The notes under the pieces: model-generated
The model's input: the letters and a program-made list of their open reading frames with translations, nothing else
Databases searched by the model: none
What the model was told of the DNA's origin: nothing
Virus record (IMG/VR): IMGVR_UViG_3300010163_001518
Span: 8,671 to 72,670 of that record
Direction: 5' to 3' (one strand)
Origin: a virus
Lineage: Duplodnaviria > Caudoviricetes
DNA: 64,000 bases
Position numbers and translations under genes: made by a program
Shown: in pieces, positions 35,738 to 45,689 of the stretch
Layout: each line of letters starts with the position of its first letter
How positions within the stretch are numbered: the stretch's first letter is position 1

Positions 35738-36702
35738 ACCTCGCTTCCTGCGCTGCTGCGCGCCGTCACGTTCCGGCAGTTCAGCGCCAGCTCGCAGATG
35801 TAAGTTCCCCGCCGCCAGATATGCCGGTCAGAGTCGATCCAGAACAGCCCCTCAAGCCCAGACGCCGCGTCTCGCGCCATCACAGTCTCCCCGGTGACCA
35901 GGCTGGCGTCGCCGCGAACACGCACGGTCACTGTGCTGTCCAGGGCGCCGTCCTCCAGCAGGTATCTGGCCTGAGCGTCCACATCCACGCTGTCGCGCTG
36001 CACCAGGTGCCGCTCCATCTGCCCATACAGCTTCACTGCCTGGGCCTCCTGAAGGGTGCGCAGCAGCTGCCCGTCCTTGCTGTAGATCCCCACGGAATTC
36101 GTCATGTTGACGATGCTCTTTGTGGTGCTGGCGCTGTATAGATTGCTGTCCGAACGCAATACCAGGCTGCTCCTGCTCTGCTCCCGGACCTTCACCAGCA
36201 GCCCGTCCGGCGTCATCCGCAGGGAATAGCGTCTCCCCGTCCGCGCTTCAGCCAGCGACCACACTGTGGCAAAGATCATCGCAATGGCCACGCCGGAAAA
36301 CTTTCGCCGCAGCTGTACCCCGGTGGAAGGCAGCGCCGCCACCGGAATGCCAAAGTCCGCGCACAGCCTTCTGGTAAACCCCTCCGGAGTCTCCCCGTCG
36401 CACCGCACGGTTCCGTCGTTGTTTTTCAGCCACATCCCCTTGTCGTAGGCATACCATGTCAGCAGAGAGCTTCCCGTCTGCGCCCGCTGCCACACTGCCC
36501 AGCCCTCAAACAGCCGCTGTCCCCCGTGGGACAAACGCAGAAAATCCCCGATCTCCACCTCCGGGCCGGCCTCATGCCGCAGCGTGGTCACATCCAGCCG
36601 CCTGGCGATGGTCCCCTTGTCTCCGGACCAGGTCGCCTGCTCCACCCGTTGTGTCATGGAAAAGCTCCGCCCACCGGCGGATTTGGTCAAGATCAGTTCC
36701 AT
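35734..36702 (-). CDS. Baseplate hub (XkdQ-like)
   Basis: WSGD, AYDKGMWL, LVTGETV. Confidence 0.8.
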   Translation of the reverse strand: MELILTKSAGGRSFSMTQRVEQATWSGDKGTIARRLDVTTLRHEAGPEVEIGDFLRLSHGGQRLFEGWAVWQRAQTGSSLLTWYAYDKGMWLKNNDGTVRCDGETPEGFTRRLCADFGIPVAALPSTGVQLRRKFSGVAIAMIFATVWSLAEARTGRRYSLRMTPDGLLVKVREQSRSSLVLRSDSNLYSASTTKSIVNMTNSVGIYSKDGQLLRTLQEAQAVKLYGQMERHLVQRDSVDVDAQARYLLEDGALDSTVTVRVRGDASLVTGETVMARDAASGLEGLFWIDSDRHIWRRGTYICELALNCRNVTARSSAGSEV

Positions 36703-36703
36703 T

Positions 36704-37366
36704 TCAGCCTCCCAGCAGCACGGACTCCGCCGGCACAGTGATCGTGCGTCCCGGATAGATCAAATGCGGATTGGCAATGCCGTTGTACTTTGCCAGCGCG
36801 TTGTAATAGGTCGCACTGCTCTTGCCATAGTACCGGCGGCAGATAGCAGACAGGGTATCCCCCCGGACAATGGTGTACTGCTGCTGAGCCGTCTGGTCCT
36901 CCCGCTCCCGGCCGGAACTGTCCCCTGCGCCGTCGCCCGCGGAAAACACCTCCGGGGCCTCCGGATCGACAAACTCCTCCATGGAAATGACGGCATAGAT
37001 ATCTCCGCTGCCATCCCGCATGCCATATCGGAATTCGCTGATCAGCACCCTGGCATTCACCCCTCCTCCGGCGACAATATAGCGCACAGGGGTCTTCTCC
37101 TTGGCCCATTTCTCAAACAGGGCCACATAGCTCATGGGATTCGAGGACGCCCCCGGCTGCATGAAGGGATAGTTATGGGCCGGGAACATGCACTCCAGCT
37201 TCCCGCTGTGCCGCCGCACGGGCCCGGGGAGCACAACTTCACCCAGCTCTGTCAGCGTCAGCCGCTCCACGCTTTTCCCCACCGACCACTCGTACTTTTC
37301 CGGGGTAACCGGAAGAACGGTCGTCGTACTGTTTGGGCCCAAAAAGCAAAAGCTCATCCCCGCCAT
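36704..37366 (-). CDS. LysM-domain tail protein (XkdP-like)
   Basis: LPVTPE N-terminus; YTIVRGDTLSAI...NPHLIYPG LysM. Confidence 0.9.
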   Translation of the reverse strand: MAGMSFCFLGPNSTTTVLPVTPEKYEWSVGKSVERLTLTELGEVVLPGPVRRHSGKLECMFPAHNYPFMQPGASSNPMSYVALFEKWAKEKTPVRYIVAGGGVNARVLISEFRYGMRDGSGDIYAVISMEEFVDPEAPEVFSAGDGAGDSSGREREDQTAQQQYTIVRGDTLSAICRRYYGKSSATYYNALAKYNGIANPHLIYPGRTITVPAESVLLGG

Positions 37367-37369
37367 TGG

Positions 37370-39400
37370 CTATCCCCCCATTCTCGCCAATTGGATCCGT
37401 GCCAGCAGCTCTGCCGCCACCCGGTCCACATCGGCCTCTTCCCGCACTGCCAGCTCCTGCACCGTGATCTGGATGGGCGCCGCCGCGCTCTGGCCTCTGG
37501 CCTCTCCGGCAGTCAGTACCCGCTCCCCCTCGTGCAGCAGCGCCGGGAAATTATCATAGGGGACCCGCCCCAGCCCGGTGGCATATCCCCGCACCCGGTA
37601 TGGCGAATTTGCCCCGGAAAACGCCCGGTCTACCGCCCCGGGATCCCATGCGCCGCCCAGCTGGCCCTTGGTCTTCGCCTGCTGAAGCTCAAAGGCGTTG
37701 CTCCATCCGCTCAGCGCCGCCGTATTATCCCGCAGCGCCTCAATCTGTTCTTTGCTCACGTCCTGAAGGGTCTTCACCATTTCGCTGGAGTCATAGGCGG
37801 CGGTGGCCATCGCCTCCGCCTGCTCCCGCAGCGACTCCATCTCCATGGCCGCCGCCCGGTCCCCCGTCTGGGCGTACCGCTCCGCGTTCTCCCGATAGGC
37901 CTCCCCCATGCTCGTCAGCTTCTCCGCCTCGTCCTCGCCGTACAGCGTGGTCCGCTCGCCCAGCAGCACTGCGCCCAGGGCTTCCCGGGTGTATTGCTCG
38001 GACAGGTTCTCCAGATAGGCCTTGTTTTCGCCGGCGATCTGGTTGACCTGCTTGACAGCCTCGCCCAGGGCCCCTTCATAGGCCTCCTGCTCGGCCTCTA
38101 CCCCGCTCTTCCTCGTCTCGTTATACCCGATGCCGTAGGATTCGTTTACATTGGCCATTACGTCGCCCAGGTTGTCTGCCATGGCGTCATAGGTCCCCAT
38201 CAGCTCCTCCGACAGCCCGCCAAAGGTCTTCTCGATATAGTCCAAAATGGCCTGTGCCGCCGTCTCTCCGGAGATCTTCCCCTTGGTCACCATCTTTGCG
38301 ATGGAGCTCTTGTTCGCTCCAGTGCTGTCGGCCAGCGCCTGGTACACGTCCACGCCGCGCTCGCTGAAGTAATTCAGATACTCCTGGGTGGTCTTTCCCG
38401 TGGTGCGCATGCGGCTCAGGCCGTTGATCATCATGTTCACGTCCCCGCTGCTCAGGTTCAGCCCGGCCGTGGCGTCAGACAGCTTCTGCAGCACGCCGAA
38501 CGTCTCGTCCGCGTCGTACGTGTTCAGCAGTTTCTTGCTGTATCCTGTGATCTCGTCAAAGGTATAGTTTGTATGGGCGGCCATGGCCTTTACCTGCTCC
38601 AGATAGTCCCTAGCGGCCTCCTCGCCGCCCAGCCGGTGGGCAAAGGCCTTCTGGGCCTGCTCCCGGCCGCCCGCAATGGACGAGCCGGCTGCGATCCCCT
38701 CTGCCGTGCGCTCCTTTCCTGTGTCGTACAGCCCGCCGTAGTATCCCTGGAACGCCTCGTCCCTGGCCTCATAGTTCTGCACCGCGCCGCTGACAAGCCC
38801 GGTGACGCCGCCCAGCGCCGCCCCTACGGCCGTACCGACGCCCGGCGCGATCATATTTCCCAGCATGGCGCCGCTGGCGACAGACGAGACCACCGAGGAC
38901 AGGATGCCGCCCCCAACGTCTCCCCACACGCTGCCTGCAATGGTGCCGATCCCCTGCTGGAGCATCGGCCCGAACAGGGTTCCCGCCGACGCCGCGGCTA
39001 CCGCCTCGATCATCGTCTTCATGCCGCTGGCCGCCCGGCTCTGGGCCGCCGTCTCTTCAAACGCCCGGCCCGTCCGCTGCATCTGCCGCTCCACGTTCCG
39101 GGCCTCCTTGTCCACCAGGGCCAGGTTCCGCCGGGCCGTCTCAAAGGTCAGCCGCTTCTCCTGCAGCGCCAGCCGGTCCGCCTCCGCCCCGGTCCGGGCG
39201 AATTGCTTCTCCGCCGCCCGCAGATCATTCTGGGCGCTTTTCGTGTCCACCTTCAGGGTGGACCGGGTCTTGTTCAATGCGTTCAGCTTGGCCTGCATCC
39301 CGTCCAGGTCTTTGGAAAACGCCTTCGACGCGTCCCGCATGGTCTTCATTGCATCAGAAAACCGGTCTGTGGCCTTGACCACAATGGATGCCTCTGGCAC
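37370..39400 (-). CDS. Tape measure protein
   Basis: 676 aa Ala/Gly-rich; C-terminal YATGLGRVPYDNFPALLHEGERVLT. Confidence 0.9.
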   Translation of the reverse strand: MPEASIVVKATDRFSDAMKTMRDASKAFSKDLDGMQAKLNALNKTRSTLKVDTKSAQNDLRAAEKQFARTGAEADRLALQEKRLTFETARRNLALVDKEARNVERQMQRTGRAFEETAAQSRAASGMKTMIEAVAAASAGTLFGPMLQQGIGTIAGSVWGDVGGGILSSVVSSVASGAMLGNMIAPGVGTAVGAALGGVTGLVSGAVQNYEARDEAFQGYYGGLYDTGKERTAEGIAAGSSIAGGREQAQKAFAHRLGGEEAARDYLEQVKAMAAHTNYTFDEITGYSKKLLNTYDADETFGVLQKLSDATAGLNLSSGDVNMMINGLSRMRTTGKTTQEYLNYFSERGVDVYQALADSTGANKSSIAKMVTKGKISGETAAQAILDYIEKTFGGLSEELMGTYDAMADNLGDVMANVNESYGIGYNETRKSGVEAEQEAYEGALGEAVKQVNQIAGENKAYLENLSEQYTREALGAVLLGERTTLYGEDEAEKLTSMGEAYRENAERYAQTGDRAAAMEMESLREQAEAMATAAYDSSEMVKTLQDVSKEQIEALRDNTAALSGWSNAFELQQAKTKGQLGGAWDPGAVDRAFSGANSPYRVRGYATGLGRVPYDNFPALLHEGERVLTAGEARGQSAAAPIQITVQELAVREEADVDRVAAELLARIQLARMGG

Positions 39401-39415
39401 AATCCCACCTCCTTG

Positions 39416-39444
39416 TTGACAGTCCCTTGGGATTGGGTTATAAT
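39416..39444 (+). promoter_or_regulatory. Consensus sigma70 promoter of moron
   Basis: TTGACA-17-TATAAT. Confidence 0.85.
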
Positions 39445-39461
39445 GAATTGAGGTGATTCAC

Positions 39462-39569
39462 ATGGATGAACATAACAGAGGAAGCAGCCTCAAGCCCCTG
39501 TTTATCACATGGGGCGTTATCCTCCTCGTCTTCTGGGGATTCGTCGCCCTCGGCGTCGCCTTTGGCTGA
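39462..39569 (+). CDS. 35-aa single-TM moron peptide
   Basis: GAGGTG RBS; MDEHNRGSSLKPLFITWGVILLVFWGFVALGVAFG. Confidence 0.75.
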   Translation: MDEHNRGSSLKPLFITWGVILLVFWGFVALGVAFG

Positions 39570-39589
39570 TTACGCCCATATCTTCTTTG

Positions 39590-39620
39590 ACCGCCGCCCC
39601 TTCCGGGGCGGCGGTTTTTT
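39590..39620 (+). terminator. Intrinsic terminator of moron
   Basis: ACCGCCGCCCC-TTCC-GGGGCGGCGGT followed by T-tract. Confidence 0.85.
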
Positions 39621-39780
39621 ATCTTTCTGTCTGTGTCGCCTCATGGGAGGCCAGCGCCCACACCAGGTCCCTTTCCCCCTGTCTCATCCTCCAGTACGCC
39701 TCCGGCGTCCAGTGGTGTACGTGGAACAGGTAGTATACCAGCCCCAGTTCCGGGTCGCTGCCCTCCCTCAGCCGTTTTTT
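39619..39780 (-). CDS. -1 frameshift extension of tail chaperone
   Basis: A AAA AAC at 39774-39780; -1 frame open to TAA at 39619-39621. Confidence 0.7.
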   Translation of the reverse strand, partial: KKRLREGSDPELGLVYYLFHVHHWTPEAYWRMRQGERDLVWALASHEATQTER

Positions 39781-40181
39781 ACCGTTTCAATGGTGCTCAT
39801 GCGGTATCCGCACAGCCGCTCCACTTCCCGGGACAGGTCGGCGATCTCGCCCGGCAGCAGCATGGCCTTCAGCATCTCGCCCGGCGTCACGCCGCCGTAC
39901 AGCTCCATCAGCCTGGGGTCCTTCAGGTCGGGCTCCTGGCATCCGGCCAGCAGGATGGCCACCTCCTGGTCCTCCTGCAGCCGGCCCAGCTCCTGCACCT
40001 TTCCATAGGGCAGTCCCCTCAGGGTGAACGCCACCTCCCTCCCCAGGGCCTTGCTCAGCCGCTTCAGCTTCACCTTCCGGGTGGGCGCGGCCTTTGTCGC
40101 GGCGGCCGCCTCCGGGCTCAGCAGCAGCTCCAGGACAGAGGGCTCCTGTCCCTCTTCCCGCCGTCTCATCTCTTCTTCCAT
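39768..40181 (-). CDS. Tail assembly chaperone (XkdN-like)
   Basis: EPDLKDP, LLPGEIADL. Confidence 0.85.
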   Translation of the reverse strand: MEEEMRRREEGQEPSVLELLLSPEAAAATKAAPTRKVKLKRLSKALGREVAFTLRGLPYGKVQELGRLQEDQEVAILLAGCQEPDLKDPRLMELYGGVTPGEMLKAMLLPGEIADLSREVERLCGYRMSTIETVKNG

Positions 40182-40196
40182 GTCCGCGCTCCCCCC

Positions 40197-40613
40197 TTAC
40201 AGATCCTGAAGGTCAGAAAAGGTAAACGGGATCTCCACAGACCCCAGCTTTGCCGCTTCCCAGTCCGCCGCCTTTACCTCGTCAAAGCTGACGCCGGACA
40301 CGGCAAAGCGCTGCACGTTGGGGTTGTCCGGGTCGTCCAGCTTGCTGATGATCGTATGGCGGAGGTCTTGGCCCTTCGCCAGGGCGGCAAGCTCCCGCTT
40401 CATCAGCTCGTCAGACACGCTGTAGATGCGCACCGTGCCCGTCCCGCTCATAGACGTCATCTTGTGGTCTGTCATCATCTGGCCGCACAGGGCCACTTCC
40501 GTCTTGTTCTTCTTCACCACGGCTGTACAGCCGTAACAGGCAGCCACCACCTCGCCGTCCAGCCACAGGCTGCCATGGGTGCCGCTGCGCACCAATTTTG
40601 CCTCCATTTTCAT
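40197..40613 (-). CDS. Tail tube (XkdM-like)
   Basis: GTHGSLWLDG, ISKLDDPD, EIPFTF. Confidence 0.88.
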   Translation of the reverse strand: MKMEAKLVRSGTHGSLWLDGEVVAACYGCTAVVKKNKTEVALCGQMMTDHKMTSMSGTGTVRIYSVSDELMKRELAALAKGQDLRHTIISKLDDPDNPNVQRFAVSGVSFDEVKAADWEAAKLGSVEIPFTFSDLQDL

Positions 40614-40627
40614 TCCCGTTCCCCCTC

Positions 40628-41689
40628 TCAGAACATCAGCACGATGTTGAAATCTTCCATTGCGTCCAGCAGCCGGCCCCGGAGTCGGATGAACACATAG
40701 CTTCCGGTGTTGGCCTGCTTCAGGTCGTCGTCGCTCATGCCGGACACGTCGGCGCCCTGCTCCTGCAGCCACTTCCGCTGTGCCGTCACGTCGACCTCCG
40801 CGTTCGAGCTGCCTTTCTCCAGCACGCCCTCGTCCTCCAAAGTGCCCAGGAAGGCCCGCACGGCGGTCAGCAGCAGACACTTGTTGTCATAGCTGTTGTA
40901 GTACTTCCCGATGTACTCGTCTTCCACGGTGGTCACCGCATAGTACCGAATCAGATCCACCGTCTCCACCAGCTTGATCTTCTTCAGGATCTCGCTCTCC
41001 TCCGGGCCGATGGTCACCTTGCTGGTAACCGCCCGGCCCAGCTTGCATTTTCTGCCGTCGTTAAACAGCACAAGCTTGCCCGCGTCCACCGCCGCGTCCA
41101 GCTCCGCCTTGCCCGGCGTGGTCACGTCGGTCACCTCGGGCATGGCGGCAAAGGTGGCGCTGCACCCGACCGGGGTACCCGCCAGCATTCCGGCTACCCG
41201 GCTTGCATACTGCGCCCCGGTAAAGGTCGCGCCGCCTGCCTGGATGCCGCTGGCCGAAAAATTGACCACGCCCTCGTTATCCGCCGCCTGGTCGGGCAGC
41301 ACAGCCTTGCCGATATACCGCAGCTTCCGCTTTTCGACAATGGCGTCGGCCAGCGCCTTGCCCTCAGCCGCCTCCATCACAGGCGGCCCCGCCAGGTAGT
41401 CATAGTCGTACACTGTCAGCAGCGCCAGCCCGTCCACAGCCGCGCCGGCGGCCGGGATCACGGCGGCCACCACTTTGCTGGGCCGGTTGATATAGCCGGT
41501 CAGCGCCCTTTGGATATACGCCTTGTTATCCGCGCCCAGTTCCCCGGGGATGTCCTCCGCCTCCGTCACCACGTGCACGCCGTTGGCCTTGGCGTCCTTT
41601 ACGATCAGCGCCACCACGCCCTGTTTGGTGCGCTGTGCGGCCTCTTTGCCGGCCGCTTCAAAACGGATCTTCAGATCAGGCAGTCCCAT
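40628..41689 (-). CDS. Tail sheath (XkdK-like)
   Basis: MGLPDL, SRVAGMLAG, KIKLVETVDLI, YIGKYYNSYDNK. Confidence 0.9.
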   Translation of the reverse strand: MGLPDLKIRFEAAGKEAAQRTKQGVVALIVKDAKANGVHVVTEAEDIPGELGADNKAYIQRALTGYINRPSKVVAAVIPAAGAAVDGLALLTVYDYDYLAGPPVMEAAEGKALADAIVEKRKLRYIGKAVLPDQAADNEGVVNFSASGIQAGGATFTGAQYASRVAGMLAGTPVGCSATFAAMPEVTDVTTPGKAELDAAVDAGKLVLFNDGRKCKLGRAVTSKVTIGPEESEILKKIKLVETVDLIRYYAVTTVEDEYIGKYYNSYDNKCLLLTAVRAFLGTLEDEGVLEKGSSNAEVDVTAQRKWLQEQGADVSGMSDDDLKQANTGSYVFIRLRGRLLDAMEDFNIVLMF

Positions 41690-42197
41690 CTTCGCTTCTC
41701 CTTTCTGTTCCGGACAGTTCCAGGCCTGGAAGGCCTTTCCCCGCCCCGCTTCCCATTAAAAAATGTTCCAGGCAAAGGGTCTTCGCCCGCTCTGCCTGGT
41801 CTTCCTCTGTCCCGTGGTTCTCGTCAAAATATTCGCACTGAAGGATCACCGCCGCCTCGTCCGGGGCCCGGCCGTCCAGCTTGGCCGCCAGCGTCAGCCT
41901 CCGCTCGCCCACCGCCAGCGGCCGCTGCATCAGCTCCAGCACCCGCGCCTCATCCTCCATCAGCCGCGAGGCGTGGACCTCATAGTGCTCGTCTGTCTCG
42001 TCAAACAGCGTCAGCGCCATCGTCAGCTGGTGCCGCACCAAAAACGGGCTCACTACTGTCTGCGCCGGTTTGATGGAGTGCAGCCAGAAGGACGGCCGGG
42101 AAAACTCCGCCGGGCATACGTCCACATATACCGCCCGATCCGGCCATTCCGCCACCAGAAGGTCGTTCACCCCGTTCACAATGTCTACAAACGTCAT
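41676..42197 (-). CDS. Tail terminator-like protein
   Basis: EFSRPSFW; position before sheath. Confidence 0.6.
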   Translation of the reverse strand: MTFVDIVNGVNDLLVAEWPDRAVYVDVCPAEFSRPSFWLHSIKPAQTVVSPFLVRHQLTMALTLFDETDEHYEVHASRLMEDEARVLELMQRPLAVGERRLTLAAKLDGRAPDEAAVILQCEYFDENHGTEEDQAERAKTLCLEHFLMGSGAGKGLPGLELSGTERRSEDGTA

Positions 42198-42652
42198 ACC
42201 GCTCTCCCGTCCAGCGCGCTCGCCAGCCGCTCTCCCAGCGCCTTTGCCTCCTGTTCAGCCAGCCGGTTCAGCTCAGCCCCCGTATCCCGGTACATGTACT
42301 TGCCGCGGACTGCCGCCGTCCGTACCCGGCTCCGGTATCGCTTGGCCTGTCCGGAGGGCCGCCGGATCCCGTGGCCCGACTCAATGGCATTGGTCACATG
42401 GCCCATGGAGTACCGGCTTTTCCCTCCGGCGGCCAGGTATTTGCCTGCTGCGGCCCGGACTGCGGCATATCCTCCGCCGGAGCCCTCATACACGCCCTGC
42501 CATCCGGCCACCCGGCCTGTGCCGCCGATCCGGACCGCCAGGACGGCCTTCGCCTGTTCGGCTATATTCCGCAGCGCATCCCGTCTCAGCTCCGGCATCG
42601 CTTCCAGCGCCCGGCTGATCCCATCCAGCGCGCTCAAATTGATCTCCTGCAT
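42194..42652 (-). CDS. HK97 gp10-like protein
   Basis: IESGH motif; position. Confidence 0.65.
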   Translation of the reverse strand: MQEINLSALDGISRALEAMPELRRDALRNIAEQAKAVLAVRIGGTGRVAGWQGVYEGSGGGYAAVRAAAGKYLAAGGKSRYSMGHVTNAIESGHGIRRPSGQAKRYRSRVRTAAVRGKYMYRDTGAELNRLAEQEAKALGERLASALDGRAV

Positions 42653-42773
42653 AGTACCTGCTCCTCCGGCCCTCTGCCGGACCCGCGGCGTGTTGTCCCG
42701 CCGCGGCCCGGAAATAGGAGGAAATCCAAATGCCCGGGCAAACGCCCGGCAGAGGGCCGGAACCTGTCGCTTG

Positions 42774-43391
42774 TTAAGCGTCTTCTTTTCTCACGATCTC
42801 ATATTCGTTTTTATAGGGGTCCAGGCCGTGAACCGCCTGCACTTCGTAGGGGCCGCCCCGCTGCCCGCCCAGCGTCACAAGGTCCCCCGCCTTCAGCAGG
42901 GGCACCGCCTTGGGCGCCACCAGCACCAGGGCGGCGCAGCTTACGCCGTGGCTCTCGTCCCGGTCATATGCCGCATACGTTTCGGTGACGCAGCCGGGAA
43001 AGCGCACTTCCTGCCTGGCCCCAATGGTAGGCCGGTTCCTGTCGTCCCGGCCCACCTCTCCCTCTGTCCTGGCCAGACATTCCGTCACTGGAACCAGCGC
43101 GGCCTGCCCTGTGATGCGGCCATGATCCCCCACCACCAGGCTGGTCAAAAACAGGTGTTCCCCCCGCCACTCCACCGCGTCATACAGGCTGATGGGCTGG
43201 GTCCGCATAACGATCTCCGCGTTCCTGGCCCCGATCCCTATGGAGGAAAACAGGTTTCGCCGTCCGTCCGGCGTCACCTTCATCCAGGCGGTGCGCTTCG
43301 TCGTCCACTCATACAGCCCCTTGACCCGCTCCGTCAGCTCAAGCACCCTGCAGCGGTCCTTCAAGTCCCCTGCGCCCGTCCAGCTACCCAT
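42774..43391 (-). CDS. Head-tail adaptor/closure protein
   Basis: AGDLKDR start; position after gp6-like gene. Confidence 0.7.
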   Translation of the reverse strand: MGSWTGAGDLKDRCRVLELTERVKGLYEWTTKRTAWMKVTPDGRRNLFSSIGIGARNAEIVMRTQPISLYDAVEWRGEHLFLTSLVVGDHGRITGQAALVPVTECLARTEGEVGRDDRNRPTIGARQEVRFPGCVTETYAAYDRDESHGVSCAALVLVAPKAVPLLKAGDLVTLGGQRGGPYEVQAVHGLDPYKNEYEIVRKEDA

Positions 43392-43707
43392 TCCCCGCTC
43401 CTTTCCCGGCGGTGTCCGAATCGGACACCGCCGGTTCCGACAGCTTCAGCTGGTGGATCAGCCGCCGGGCCGCAGGGTTTTCGCTGATCACGGTCCCTGG
43501 AGTCGTCATATCCCGCCGGTCATATGCGTCCAGCGTCAGATAGCACACTGCCAGCGCGTACTGCGCCTGCCGGCCGGGATCCTGCTCCGGCTCCCGCACT
43601 CCGGCATTTTCCAGATACTGCTGCGCCGCCTGGACCAGGGCAGCGATCAATTCGTCCTCCTCCTCGCCCTCCACCCGCAAATAGCGCTTTACCGCCGCCA
43701 GTTCCAT
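43384..43707 (-). CDS. Head-tail connector (HK97 gp6-like)
   Basis: VKRYLRVEGEEEDELI, AYDRR. Confidence 0.85.
   Translation of the reverse strand: MELAAVKRYLRVEGEEEDELIAALVQAAQQYLENAGVREPEQDPGRQAQYALAVCYLTLDAYDRRDMTTPGTVISENPAARRLIHQLKLSEPAVSDSDTAGKGAGNG
43406..43434. promoter_or_regulatory. Palindrome copy 2 (29-bp extended)
   Basis: CCGGCG-GTGTCCGAATCGGACAC-CGCCGG. Confidence 0.7.
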
Positions 43708-43736
43708 GGCGCTCAGCCTCCTTTACCGCTCTATGC

Positions 43737-44981
43737 TCAGCCGCCGCTCTTGGGCAGGGTCGCCACCACAATGCCGTGGTGGACGATCAGGTTTCCGCCC
43801 ACCATGGCGTCGCCCAGAATGGTATACATCCGCTCCACGCCCTTGATGGACTCATCCACCCGGATGGAATAGCCGCCGAACAGGCCCAGCTCATAGTTCA
43901 TGGGGTCGCCGTACAGCATGGTCTGGATATCCGCCCCTCCGGGGGCGGCGGTGGACAGGCTGGTCAGGTCGGATACGATGGTATAGGGGATGGCGTTGCC
44001 GCCGTCCTCGATTACGCCTACATTGGGGTTTCCGCCGTCGGGCCGGATCCGGTATACCCGTTCCTTGTCCCCGTTGCGCACCGTTCCGATGGCCTTCAGG
44101 TCGGCCTTGGTCAGGTACAGCCGGGCGTTCTGGCCAATGGCCTCGTCGCTGCCATAGGCAAAAAACAGCTCGTCCAGCAGGTTCTCGTCAATCCCCGCCA
44201 CCTTCGCCTGTGCAAAAATGTCCGCCCCCGCCTGGTTTTTGGCGTTCTTCATGCCAAACATATCCGGGGACGCCTGGCCGTCGCCGTTGACGATCAGTCC
44301 GGCCAGCTTCCGGCGCATGGCCCGCATGGCCATGCCATGGATCTTGGCGTAATAGTTGGCGGGCGAGAGCCGGCTGATATTCCGGTCCACATAGTTGGTC
44401 ACATTCAGCTCATAGGGGCTGATCTTGGCCACGCCGAACGTGGGGTCAACGGAGTCGGTCCGGGCCTTGCCTGCGTTGGCACGCACGCTGCCGCCCTTGG
44501 CGTCGCTCTCCGTGATCACATAGGGCTCCAGGAACGAACCCATGCCGGTCAGGTCCTGGACATAGACCTGGTCCACAATAGAGCTGACCACGTTGCCCAG
44601 GGGGTCCCGGATCCGGCTTCCCGCGCCGGTGGGCTGCGCCAGCGCCCCCTCTGCCAGCGTCACGGCCTTGCGGGCCTCCGCCAGCCCTTTGCATACCTCC
44701 TGGGGAGAAAAAGACACGGTCTCGCCCTTCTGCAGCATCTCGCCCCGCGTCTCCGCCTTGTCCTTCTCTTCGGCGGGGTCGGCGGGCTGCTCCATAAATT
44801 TCCGGTCCAGCTCCTTCACCAGGGCCTGGGCGCGCTCGATCGCACGGTTCAGATTGTCCACCTGCTCCATGCTGGACTTGTACGCACTCTCATCTCCCTC
44901 GCCATAGGCTTTGTTTGCCGCCTCCAGAGCGGCGGTGCGCAGCTGCATCTTGTCGATCAAGTCTCGTCTGGGGTCATTCAT
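43737..44981 (-). CDS. Major capsid protein (HK97 fold)
   Basis: N-terminal coiled-coil scaffold; position after protease; capsid-like C-terminus. Confidence 0.85.
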   Translation of the reverse strand: MNDPRRDLIDKMQLRTAALEAANKAYGEGDESAYKSSMEQVDNLNRAIERAQALVKELDRKFMEQPADPAEEKDKAETRGEMLQKGETVSFSPQEVCKGLAEARKAVTLAEGALAQPTGAGSRIRDPLGNVVSSIVDQVYVQDLTGMGSFLEPYVITESDAKGGSVRANAGKARTDSVDPTFGVAKISPYELNVTNYVDRNISRLSPANYYAKIHGMAMRAMRRKLAGLIVNGDGQASPDMFGMKNAKNQAGADIFAQAKVAGIDENLLDELFFAYGSDEAIGQNARLYLTKADLKAIGTVRNGDKERVYRIRPDGGNPNVGVIEDGGNAIPYTIVSDLTSLSTAAPGGADIQTMLYGDPMNYELGLFGGYSIRVDESIKGVERMYTILGDAMVGGNLIVHHGIVVATLPKSGG

Positions 44982-45681
44982 CGTCTGCTACCTCCATAAA
45001 ATGAAATTTTTCGGCTTCCAGGGCCAGCGCCGCCTTCGCCCGCCAGCCCATATCCTCGGGCGCCCTGCCCGGTGGACGCTTTCCTTCAGAGGCCTCCGCC
45101 CCGCCGTAACGCTTGGCCTTCACCACCCCGGCCTCTCTCTGGGCCGGCACAGCGCACAGGCTCACCTCAAAGGCGTCTTTCCCTCCGTCCAGATCCATGT
45201 GGCAGACCTGCCCGTCGTACTCCTGTCCGGGGAAATGCCTGCACAGCGTCGCCGCCTGGTCTGCGCCGCAGATGGAGCAGAGCACCCGCTCCACTGCGCA
45301 GCCCACGCTGCACTCCCTCAGGATCCCGCTCTCAATGGCTGTGATCGTATCTGCGGTCTGCGCAGTCCGGGGCATGTAGCACCGCAGCACCAGCTGTTTG
45401 ACCCCCTCCCGCATCTCCACCTCGGCGGCGTACACCCGGGCGGTCTGCGTCTCTGTGCTCCATTTGTGGTCCCGCAGCACCGGCCGGCCCACAAACGCCT
45501 TTGCCAGCTCCTCCAGCGTCCGCTCTGTAAACCGCTCATAGTCCCGGTCCACCTGATCGTCGCAGGCTGCAAGCCGGAACAAAAACACCTCGTCCGCCGC
45601 CAGCTCCCGCAGCGTCTGCCGGTTGACCAGCGCAAGCTCTTTGTCGTTGACCGCCGTCTTCTCCAGCCGCGCGGCCTTCAA
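44974..45681 (-). CDS. Prohead protease
   Basis: VDRDYERF, DHKWS, ECSVGC, FEVSLCAVPAQ. Confidence 0.85.
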   Translation of the reverse strand: MKAARLEKTAVNDKELALVNRQTLRELAADEVFLFRLAACDDQVDRDYERFTERTLEELAKAFVGRPVLRDHKWSTETQTARVYAAEVEMREGVKQLVLRCYMPRTAQTADTITAIESGILRECSVGCAVERVLCSICGADQAATLCRHFPGQEYDGQVCHMDLDGGKDAFEVSLCAVPAQREAGVVKAKRYGGAEASEGKRPPGRAPEDMGWRAKAALALEAEKFHFMEVADDE

Positions 45682-45689
45682 GATCCCGT

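Noticed and set aside
36584-39451. 955-aa plus-strand ORF
   Set aside because: Antisense shadow of tape measure/LysM/hub genes; such stop-free frames are expected at high GC, and it has no recognisable motifs.
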